Shown here in pieces: positions 56,820-64,000 of a stretch of DNA of 64,000 bases. The position numbers and the translations under genes were made by a program. The stretch is from a virus. Numbering within the stretch: position 1 is the first letter of the stretch; each line of letters starts with the position of its first letter. The notes beneath the pieces were generated by a model. The model saw only the letters and a program-made list of their open reading frames with translations, ran no database searches and was not told the origin of the DNA. Location: positions 1 to 64,000 of IMG/VR virus record IMGVR_UViG_3300023181_000028; one strand, 5' to 3'.

Positions 56820-57641
56820 TTAACTCCTCTCAACTTCTGAATCGACTGCCTGAGCCGCCGGATAATTACTTGTTACTAATAACATAATCCTAGAAGCTGC
56901 TTTACATATCTCATCGTGAACCTTCTCGGGTAAATCCACTGGCGATGTATTACTAGCCAAGATAACCTGACCAGAAGTTAAATCTGCCGTACCTGCCGTA
57001 AATTGATCCCCTATTTGATAAGTGTTAGTATTCTCTACACTTACTTCCACCGCAATATAATCATCCCCCGGAGTCAATACGCCCGTACCTTCGTCTATTA
57101 ATTGATCTTCTGAGCCTACACTAAAGTCCACAGGAGTTCTTAGGTACGTTAGTTTGGCAGTTGTGAATGTTCCGCCAACACCCCTATGAATTGTAAGCCC
57201 TGTAGCATCTTCATTATAATACGTTTTAAGATTGGTTGGATGCTTAAAGCTATCTTTTAATAACGGCCCAAGTTCATTGAATGTAATGGGTCTACTGTAA
57301 TCCCAGAACGCGTCTATAAGCGTGTCTAATTGAACAAAAGCATAATAATCAGGCGGAAAGTTAATATGGCTTGGAGTGGACGAATAATACCTATTAGCCC
57401 TAACTGTACCGTTAGTTATAGAGGGAGTTGCCACTGCTATCAAAGTGAATAGATCGTCGCGAATTTGTTGAATCCATTGGAAGTTCTCAGGATTACGCTG
57501 CTTCTCATCTCCGACCTTTTCATCTATATAATTATGTATAGCGTCATTCACAGCCTTATTGTAATCTGAGAAGAAGAAGCGGGCGTTACGTGACACATCT
57601 AAATAAAAATCTATTCTGGCAAGGGTCTGTAGTGCATTCAT
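56820..57641 (-). CDS. head-tail adaptor/ring protein (crAss-type)
   Basis: Q.IRDDL..L, FP.DY, LTYLR.P, DLPE.VH.EI. Confidence 0.8.
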   Translation of the reverse strand: MNALQTLARIDFYLDVSRNARFFFSDYNKAVNDAIHNYIDEKVGDEKQRNPENFQWIQQIRDDLFTLIAVATPSITNGTVRANRYYSSTPSHINFPPDYYAFVQLDTLIDAFWDYSRPITFNELGPLLKDSFKHPTNLKTYYNEDATGLTIHRGVGGTFTTAKLTYLRTPVDFSVGSEDQLIDEGTGVLTPGDDYIAVEVSVENTNTYQIGDQFTAGTADLTSGQVILASNTSPVDLPEKVHDEICKAASRIMLLVTSNYPAAQAVDSEVERS

Positions 57642-57658
57642 CTGTAAGTTGTTTCCAC

Positions 57659-57829
57659 AAATATACTAAATAAAAAAGCCGCCCATTAAAAGCGGCTCCA
57701 AATGATCTTTTGCCATTTAAACATTCCTTACACGTCTGCAAGGCGATAATCGTAATCCCGATTCTCTCTGATGCGCTGGTCAAGTGGAAGCGTAGAGTTG
57801 CTGCGGTAAATATACTAAATAAAAAAGCC
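57659..57829. repeat. 22-bp direct repeat AAATATACTAAATAAAAAAGCC (57659-57680, 57808-57829)
   Basis: on minus strand each copy is a terminator tail fused to a TATATTT(G/A) promoter element. Confidence 0.9.
57672..57802 (-). ncRNA. candidate ~130-nt structured small RNA (cassette 2)
   Basis: -7 element 57807-57814; terminator 57672-57696; internal hairpins. Confidence 0.65.
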
Positions 57830-57964
57830 TCCGGTTAAAGAGGCTTAGTAAAGTGTTCAGTCTTCACTTCGTAAACGTTTTATAGGTTTTATTTTAATCT
57901 CGGCGAACGTTAACCACTTTTAACCGAAAAGGATTGAGTTTTAAATCTATTACAAATATTGTAA
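57821..57964 (-). ncRNA. candidate ~145-nt small RNA (cassette 1)
   Basis: -7 element 57970-57977; terminator 57821-57846; no ATG inside. Confidence 0.6.
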
Positions 57965-58002
57965 TGAAACAAATATAATTAAAATCCTTACAAATTCTGT
58001 AA
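57950..58002. promoter_or_regulatory. paired TTACA-N5-TGTAA palindromes (57950-57964, 57988-58002), locus 4
   Basis: 38 bp period; brackets the -7 element of sRNA cassette 1. Confidence 0.85.
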
Positions 58003-58422
58003 TACTTTCTCGTCAGATAGTTTCTTAAACTTAGCATACAGCACCTCTATATCAGACTTATTCTTCTCTCCCCTCTTGTATGCTAGAACGTTTTTCACAT
58101 CCGAGATAGAAAGGCACGGTTTGTTTTCTAATACATATTGTTCAGCTAAGGGACGGGCGGAATAGAACTTCGGAATAGGATAATAAGTATTCGCTGTGGC
58201 TTGCGTAATTCTCCAATCTAATCCTACACACCACACTTCACTACCAGACTTAACCTCAACCCCATCAATAGATATAAATACCACCTCTATTTTAGGAATC
58301 TCCACCCAATCTGTGGCACCTTCAATAATAAGCTTAGGAATAGGATTTCCATTCACTTCGTAATTATTCTCGTCTATCTCCGTGGCTAATAAACTTAACT
58401 TCTTGTTTTCGTATTGTTTCAT
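57988..58422 (-). CDS. hypothetical protein
   Basis: 144 aa; ends LQNL* inside the palindrome. Confidence 0.75.
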   Translation of the reverse strand: MKQYENKKLSLLATEIDENNYEVNGNPIPKLIIEGATDWVEIPKIEVVFISIDGVEVKSGSEVWCVGLDWRITQATANTYYPIPKFYSARPLAEQYVLENKPCLSISDVKNVLAYKRGEKNKSDIEVLYAKFKKLSDEKVLQNL

Positions 58423-58424
58423 GG

Positions 58425-58856
58425 TTATTTTATAATTAATAATTCTGGATTTTGGTAAATATTACCAGCAACAAAATCAATAAGTCCGTAATCATAAAGA
58501 TCGTATTTTTGTTCATCACCTATTTCAGTAACAACCCACTTGCCATCTTCATTGTCCCACGAAACAACACTTTTAATGGTATAATGAATAGCTTCCGGCC
58601 CGTAACCCTCTGAGTCACTGCCGCACAAAATATCCCCTTCATAAATTTGGACATCATCATTAATTTCCATTCCGGTGTATTGCATTAAAAACAATTCATC
58701 CCTATCTATTCCAATGTAACCAGTCTCTTTTGGCGGTATCATTTTACCATTAACATCTTCATAAATTATCACCCTTAACGGCGTTACGCCAACACCGTAA
58801 TACATTTCTTTTTCGTCGGCATCCCACGCTCTGAATTTAATTTCTCTTGTTTTCAT
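58425..58856 (-). CDS. YopX-family protein
   Basis: REIKFRAWD...LMQYTG...IYEGDIL...GNIYQNPELL. Confidence 0.92.
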   Translation of the reverse strand: MKTREIKFRAWDADEKEMYYGVGVTPLRVIIYEDVNGKMIPPKETGYIGIDRDELFLMQYTGMEINDDVQIYEGDILCGSDSEGYGPEAIHYTIKSVVSWDNEDGKWVVTEIGDEQKYDLYDYGLIDFVAGNIYQNPELLIIK

Positions 58857-58862
58857 ACCCTC

Positions 58863-58891
58863 TTAAACGCAAACAATCTCACAAGGTTGCA
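58863..58891 (-). promoter_or_regulatory. ECF-like promoter TGCAAC-N16-CGTTTAA
   Basis: directly after a terminator; ATG 6 nt after -10. Confidence 0.8.
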
Positions 58892-58892
58892 T

Positions 58893-58918
58893 AAAAAAAG
58901 GGAAACTTTCACCTCCCT
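58893..58918 (-). terminator. intrinsic terminator
   Basis: AGGGA stem plus T-run. Confidence 0.65.
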
Positions 58919-58940
58919 CTTAAATAATCAAATATAAGTA

Positions 58941-60050
58941 TTATCCCTCAAATTCAGGATTCACTTCTCGCACCTTTTCTTTTAAGCGTTCTAAGTCCTT
59001 AATCATGTGTATGCCCTTAATATTTAAACGCTTGCCCTCAGTCACCCAGATTAACCTCTCTTCCGCATCCTCAACTATATTAACAGCAGCAGCTTTCTTT
59101 AAAGCCTCTTCCTTAGCCATTAATTCAGCTTCTAAACGCGCAATCCTAGCATCCTTATCATCACCAACAAACGCAGTGTGCTTAACCGGAGTTCTTGTCA
59201 TAGACTTATCAGTGTCAGCGTCAACCTTCTTAGTCAACAAATCAATAGTCTGACAAACCTGTGGATACTCTTTTAAATAATCCACTGCCATAACCTCATT
59301 TGCTCCCAAAGGCTGTCCATTGTAATTCCATCCATTAACAACATCCATAGCGATAACACCCGCAGCAACACCTCTTTTAAAGATAGTTAATTCCTTACGT
59401 GTTGGACTATCATAAATAGCCATAAACGCTTTAGAATCATTCTCTGCCCTTTTAATCACCTCTGCTTGTAATGTTACATCTGAGTTAGCTTCCGGCGGAA
59501 TACCCAAATTCCTAGCCATATCATGTAAAGCCTCTCCAAATAACGCCTCAGCAATATCAATAGCCTTACGTTTCTGAACCCTTCCAGATAAAAATACCTG
59601 AGCTTCTCTCTCTTCATCTTTCACCTTATACAAAGGTTTACCCCTCAAATTAGGACTTCCTTCCACGAACAAACTGTTTTTAATCACAGCCCATTTTCTT
59701 GCCTGATCTGCATCTGCTAAATCAAACACTTCATTCTCATCTAGAATAATCTTTTGGAATTTAATTTTTTTAGTTTCAGGGTCTATTCCGATTGGAATCC
59801 CCCAAACAACTCCCATTTTCCTGTCAATAACAATCTCAAAGAACATTTTAGTTCTATGTCTGTCACCACTTCTCATTGGAGTTAATATGATCTTACCCGT
59901 CCTAGAGCAAAGATCTGGATTGTCTAAGTTTGCAATCCTTGTCTCATTACCTGCGCCATCTTTATATAGCTTGTAATGTACACCTTCTTGATACAGGTCA
60001 TCCCCTGCCGCTGTTTTGTTACCTGATGTGAAAAAATTATTTATTTGCAT
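58941..60050 (-). CDS. conserved crAss-like protein downstream of major capsid gene
   Basis: 369 aa; synteny with crAss capsid module. Confidence 0.7.
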   Translation of the reverse strand: MQINNFFTSGNKTAAGDDLYQEGVHYKLYKDGAGNETRIANLDNPDLCSRTGKIILTPMRSGDRHRTKMFFEIVIDRKMGVVWGIPIGIDPETKKIKFQKIILDENEVFDLADADQARKWAVIKNSLFVEGSPNLRGKPLYKVKDEEREAQVFLSGRVQKRKAIDIAEALFGEALHDMARNLGIPPEANSDVTLQAEVIKRAENDSKAFMAIYDSPTRKELTIFKRGVAAGVIAMDVVNGWNYNGQPLGANEVMAVDYLKEYPQVCQTIDLLTKKVDADTDKSMTRTPVKHTAFVGDDKDARIARLEAELMAKEEALKKAAAVNIVEDAEERLIWVTEGKRLNIKGIHMIKDLERLKEKVREVNPEFEG

Positions 60051-60074
60051 CTCGCTAATTTTTTAATTATTAAT

Positions 60075-60104
60075 AAAAAAAGGGGGCAGGGTTAGCCACC
60101 CCCT
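60075..60104 (-). terminator. intrinsic terminator after major capsid gene
   Basis: AGGGGG...CCCCCTTTTTTT. Confidence 0.8.
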
Positions 60105-60113
60105 ATACTATGA

Positions 60114-61607
60114 TTAAGATTTATAGATAATACCGCACTCTTGAGTGTTGTAAATAACCATTAAATCTTCTTTTAACATTGCGTATTTCATTACGTCTTC
60201 CTCTGAAATCATTGTTTCATTGGCACCGGTCATACCGTTAAACTTAGCTGTTACACTTGCACGGTTTAATCCGTTTGCTTCTTTAGCAAGGATTTCCATG
60301 TTCATGTTAGAACCAGAACCTAAATTCATAATGAATAAGGTAGAGCTTAACAATAGTTTTCCGTCAGCACCTCTCTCAGGGAACGCAGCTTCGTCATCAA
60401 ACAACGGGTGTTTAACAAGGATCATTGTGTTACCATTGATGTTGAATTTACCGAAGTTGTATCCGGCATCCACGATTGCACCACCAGCTTGTCCATTTTG
60501 AGTTACATTAGTAACGATTTGGATGTTTTGATTACCAAGTAAGTTAATCAGTTTCTTTTGACCATTTGCATAGCCATCAGTACCGGTAATACCTACCCAT
60601 GTGAATCCTGACACCTTATCGCCTTTTTTCTCAAGTTGACCCATCATGTCAGCGATATCGTCTTCTGTCCACTCTCCGTTTAAGCCTGAACCGTATGCTA
60701 CGTTACCGCCAGCAACTTGCTCTTCCCAGCCGTCACCTTGAACGATCTCAAGACCTGTTTCAGTATCAATTAAGTTTGAACTTGCACGGATAGTACCATC
60801 AGCATTTTTCATACTTGATACACCAAACAACTTGTTACGCTCGTCTTCCATTACGAAAGTAGCTTGCGCTTGCGCTAATTCTTGATACATCCAACCTTTA
60901 GAGAAAGCTCCACCTTCACCTTCGTAGTTATACCAAAGTACATTTGAAGCAGCTCCACCGGTGATACCAACAGTTTTACGTTGAATAGTCATGTGGTTAA
61001 CAAACTTACTAGGCGCAGCCGAACGACCGTAACCACGAAGTGATTTCTCTCCATATGAAGTGTAAACTCCAAAGCAGGTTTTAGTTCCTTGTTGTGGCGC
61101 TACGTGAGTTGCATAGCTAAACAAATCACCAGATGGAGATTGGAAGCTATATAAGTAACCCGCAGAAGGGGAACCTGTAGGGAAAGCCATTACACGAGCG
61201 ATAAAACGACCTGTGTAGAAAGCAACGTTCATTCCCGGTACTAAGTGCTTATCGCGCATTAACAACTGGAAAGAACCGTCAGGCTGAGTAGCACCAACTT
61301 GTTTAATGATCTCAGATGCTTTCTCAATACGACCCATAACGTCAAATTGATAAGCGTTTGCTCCGATACCTTTACCTTTAGTTGTTACTTGAGGAATTTT
61401 AGTACGCTCAGGGTTAACGATACCATAAGGTGTTACCGCGCCGGATACTAAGATTGTAGTTAAAGCTCTACGATTCGCATACTCTAACATGTTTCGGATT
61501 GCAGGCTTATTGGCCTGATTTTTCATAAGGTCATTGTTAGTAACACAAGTGTCTTCCGAAAATACACCTTGATTAATACTAATTCTACCTGCGTGTGATG
61601 ATGGCAT
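60114..61607 (-). CDS. major capsid protein (crAss-like HK97 fold)
   Basis: 497 aa; YGEKS..G, NHMTIQRK...ITG, GDGW.EQ, TG..G, HPLFDD; follows portal and scaffold. Confidence 0.88.
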   Translation of the reverse strand: MPSSHAGRISINQGVFSEDTCVTNNDLMKNQANKPAIRNMLEYANRRALTTILVSGAVTPYGIVNPERTKIPQVTTKGKGIGANAYQFDVMGRIEKASEIIKQVGATQPDGSFQLLMRDKHLVPGMNVAFYTGRFIARVMAFPTGSPSAGYLYSFQSPSGDLFSYATHVAPQQGTKTCFGVYTSYGEKSLRGYGRSAAPSKFVNHMTIQRKTVGITGGAASNVLWYNYEGEGGAFSKGWMYQELAQAQATFVMEDERNKLFGVSSMKNADGTIRASSNLIDTETGLEIVQGDGWEEQVAGGNVAYGSGLNGEWTEDDIADMMGQLEKKGDKVSGFTWVGITGTDGYANGQKKLINLLGNQNIQIVTNVTQNGQAGGAIVDAGYNFGKFNINGNTMILVKHPLFDDEAAFPERGADGKLLLSSTLFIMNLGSGSNMNMEILAKEANGLNRASVTAKFNGMTGANETMISEEDVMKYAMLKEDLMVIYNTQECGIIYKS

Positions 61608-61632
61608 AATTTTTAGTTTTTAAGATTTTAGT

Positions 61633-62802
61633 TTAATTGCCAAATTCTTTGTCTAATGCTGTCCAATTATCAGTTTCTGTGTTTGTTGGTTGTTTTGATC
61701 CACCTCCTGCGGTTTTCACCGTAGGGATGTTTAAAAGTTTATTAGTGTGATCCGCTTTCGCTTTCTCAGAAACCTTGTTCTTGATATGCGCGACAGCTTT
61801 TGCCTCTAACTCCCTTTTCACTATATACTCCGCTCTACTGCTTGCACTCGACAATTCCTTATCATACACGCCATTGGTGTATTTAGTGATAAGTGCATCC
61901 ATGACTTTTTTCGGTATCTTCACTCCCGCAATCTCTTGGATCTTACCAAGCTCATTGATAGTTTCGGTACGTTCTAATGCCTTTTTTTCATCGGCTGCCT
62001 TTTGTTTTTGTGCTGTGTATTTCTGGATTATATTAGTATGCTCTAAGGCCATAGCCTCTTTTTGATTATTTAGTTCAACGCGAATCTTAGCCGCGCTATG
62101 GTCAATCTTTCCGCTCTCAATAAGGTCTTCAATCTCCTTATCAATCATTTCATTAGTCCAATTAGGAATAGTGGCTAATTCAGCTCTCACTAACTCCACA
62201 TCGTCTAATTTAAGATAACCTTCAATTTCTTTAGTGGGTTCTAATAGTAAATGATCTGGAACTCCAAGTTCTTTCATTTCTAAAGCAGCCGCCACTTTAG
62301 GATCAAGATTAGCGAAATAAGTTTCTTTGCTTACCTGCGCTTGCTTCTCAGCTTCTGCTTTAGTGATATAAACCTCTTTAAAGGCTTCCGCAGTGTCTTC
62401 CTTAATGTCCGCGCCTAATTTCTGAGCAATGGCTTTAAATGAGTTCTCTGGATATACAATGGGAGCATCTGACTCTTCATCTAATGTTAATTCATCAGCA
62501 GTAGCCGCCAATTTAGCAGCCTCAATTTCTTCTTTTGTAGATGTTTCAGGTAAGTTTAAAGCCTTAGCTTCTTCTGCCAAAGCAGCTTTATTGGTTTCCT
62601 CTAATGCTAAAGCATCAGCAACGGCTTTTTCTGTTTCGGCTGTTTTCTCGGCAACCTGCTCAGGAGTTTCATCAACATCCTTAGTAATAACTTCTTCTTG
62701 TTTCTCTTCCTGTTTTGGTGTAGCATCCCCAAATTCTTGAGATGAGGTCAATGCGTCCCAATTAGCTTCAACCGTCTCGGTCGATTTATTTGTTTCTGAC
62801 AT
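61633..62802 (-). CDS. scaffold-like acidic protein
   Basis: acidic helical protein between portal and MCP; -7 element at 62829-62836. Confidence 0.75.
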   Translation of the reverse strand: MSETNKSTETVEANWDALTSSQEFGDATPKQEEKQEEVITKDVDETPEQVAEKTAETEKAVADALALEETNKAALAEEAKALNLPETSTKEEIEAAKLAATADELTLDEESDAPIVYPENSFKAIAQKLGADIKEDTAEAFKEVYITKAEAEKQAQVSKETYFANLDPKVAAALEMKELGVPDHLLLEPTKEIEGYLKLDDVELVRAELATIPNWTNEMIDKEIEDLIESGKIDHSAAKIRVELNNQKEAMALEHTNIIQKYTAQKQKAADEKKALERTETINELGKIQEIAGVKIPKKVMDALITKYTNGVYDKELSSASSRAEYIVKRELEAKAVAHIKNKVSEKAKADHTNKLLNIPTVKTAGGGSKQPTNTETDNWTALDKEFGN

Positions 62803-62856
62803 GGTTAATAATTTTAATAGTTATTGCGTAAATGTACAATTTTTTAACATTCAAAA

Positions 62857-62885
62857 TGCAACCTTATTAAAATTTCAACGTAGCT
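62857..62885 (+). promoter_or_regulatory. ECF-like promoter TGCAAC-N16-CGTAGCT, antisense to portal gene
   Basis: motif copy back-to-back with scaffold/MCP promoter. Confidence 0.6.
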
Positions 62886-64000
62886 AAACCAAATCAGTGT
62901 TATTTATAATGTCATTTTCAGTCTGTAAAGACGTTAAATGCATATCGTTATTTGCCTTGTTATTGTCCACTTGCATCTGAACCTGACCCTTTAATACAAT
63001 CTCTTCTTTCGCAGAATTTTGAATATCCTCACGATTTTCATTGGCAATCTGAATCTGAGTTTGAAGGTTAGCTTCGTTCATTTGAGCCTGCGCTTGGTTA
63101 TTAGCCTCGTTTTGTTGCTGAATAACTTTTTGCATCTCAACCCAGCTGTTCTCTAATTTATTCTTCATCTCCGCCACAGTGGTGGATAAAAGAACATTTA
63201 AAGCATCCATTGGTCTGATATCCTTAGCATTTAAAGAAAACTCCATCATTCTCTTAATGTCCTGCTTGATTTCCATATAATGTCCGCCATCTTCCACGTG
63301 AACACCATAATCCCTATATCCAATATCTTTAGTTAATTGCAAGTATTTTAACTTACTAGCCCCTAAAATATGTTCTCCCTTCTCTAATTTGTAAAACGCC
63401 CAAGATATAGCAGAACTATCTACAATCCCCTTCATAACCCTTGTAACAAAGCCATTCATCCCATAAAACAGGGATTCGGTGATTATCCGCGAATTAGCAA
63501 TGTCATTCTGAGCATTAGTAGCCGTTGAACTCGCGGCAGTATTACCCTCTCTACCCTCATTAATACCTGTGATCTGACTCAAAGTATTAATAATATCCTG
63601 CTTCATAGCAAGTAAAAACTGAAACGATTGACTTAAACCTAAATCAAGTTCCTTAAACATATTCTGAGGATCTAAGTTCCTTTGACTTGTATTTCCGGCA
63701 GCACTCGAATCATATTCATAAAATTGATCGTTATGAATATTGTACATCACTTCCTTAACAGTTTTATTAATTGGCTGTCCCGCGCGATCATACGTAAACA
63801 CCTTACCTTTTGCCCTTGCAAGCTCTTTTAATATTTGATACATACATATATCAAACATATTATCAAAGTTCTCTATAATCTCCTGTAATGACACTGTAAT
63901 GCCATTAACCCTACCGTGTATATAACCATAATAAGAACTACTCATTATATGAGCGGGCTTGTCAACACTTCTCTTCTGGAAGTAAGTCCTACGCATATTT
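62884..64000 (-). CDS. portal protein, C-terminal part (truncated by window)
   Basis: LARAKGK, ELDLGLS, ITGINEGREG....TAT, Q-rich C-terminus. Confidence 0.88.
   Translation of the reverse strand, partial: NMRRTYFQKRSVDKPAHIMSSSYYGYIHGRVNGITVSLQEIIENFDNMFDICMYQILKELARAKGKVFTYDRAGQPINKTVKEVMYNIHNDQFYEYDSSAAGNTSQRNLDPQNMFKELDLGLSQSFQFLLAMKQDIINTLSQITGINEGREGNTAASSTATNAQNDIANSRIITESLFYGMNGFVTRVMKGIVDSSAISWAFYKLEKGEHILGASKLKYLQLTKDIGYRDYGVHVEDGGHYMEIKQDIKRMMEFSLNAKDIRPMDALNVLLSTTVAEMKNKLENSWVEMQKVIQQQNEANNQAQAQMNEANLQTQIQIANENREDIQNSAKEEIVLKGQVQMQVDNNKANNDMHLTSLQTENDIINNTDLV

Noticed and set aside
56792-56820. TGAAACCTT as an ECF-like promoter
   Set aside because: No CGT at the required distance; at most a degenerate relic
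57853-57862. CTGAACAC in sRNA cassette 1 as an antisense trigger for the 7313-7430 attenuator
   Set aside because: Only 6 nt are complementary to the leader 5' arm, too short to support without data
299-62740. Many 60-160 aa ORFs antisense to long genes (e.g. 2264-2701, 11795-12208, 40865-41350, 57586-57783, 9924-10172)
   Set aside because: Shadow frames of real genes or overlapping structured non-coding elements, with no start context or motifs
1-64000. Stop-codon reassignment as in some crAss-like phages
   Set aside because: Large genes are intact under the standard code, and TAG and TGA both end genes at tight junctions
1-64000. CRISPR or other regular repeat-spacer array
   Set aside because: No run of three or more equal repeats seen; the 38-bp pairs are only two units per locus

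Overview
This 64 kb window is a fragment of an AT-rich tailed-phage genome with a crAss-like (Crassvirales-related, podovirus-type) virion module. The host is probably Bacteroidota, inferred from TAnnTTTG-type promoters, A-rich starts without Shine-Dalgarno sequences and a lipoprotein signal. Layout: 1-8.3 kb holds leftward small accessory genes, a GIY-YIG nuclease and an HTH protein. 8.7-23.8 kb is a rightward replication/recombination arm (SF2 helicase, DnaB, SSB-like, NinB-like, RusA-like, NinG/HNH-like, GroES) with no DNA polymerase or primase in view. 23.9-64 kb is a leftward structural and lysis arm (portal, scaffold, major capsid, ring/adaptor proteins, GH25 endolysin, tail stabilisation protein, three ejection proteins, fibres) interrupted by four small accessory islands. 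The most unusual content is non-coding. (1) Four dispersed loci each carry two TTACA-N5-TGTAA palindromes exactly 38 bp apart. (2) A 12-copy ECF-sigma-like promoter (TGCAAC-N16/17-CGTW) precedes accessory and replication genes, while structural genes have housekeeping-type -7 elements. (3) There are three promoter/terminator-bounded small-RNA cassettes and a ~355-nt five-domain structured RNA. (4) A terminator/antiterminator leader precedes the HTH gene. (5) A GC-rich palindrome TCCG(G/C)CGGA is iterated at least 10 times. A nucleotidyltransferase-like gene with two paralogous small acidic partners is the best candidate for a novel protein system. All protein calls come from motif recognition and synteny by eye, no database searches were run, and motif counts are minimum manual counts.
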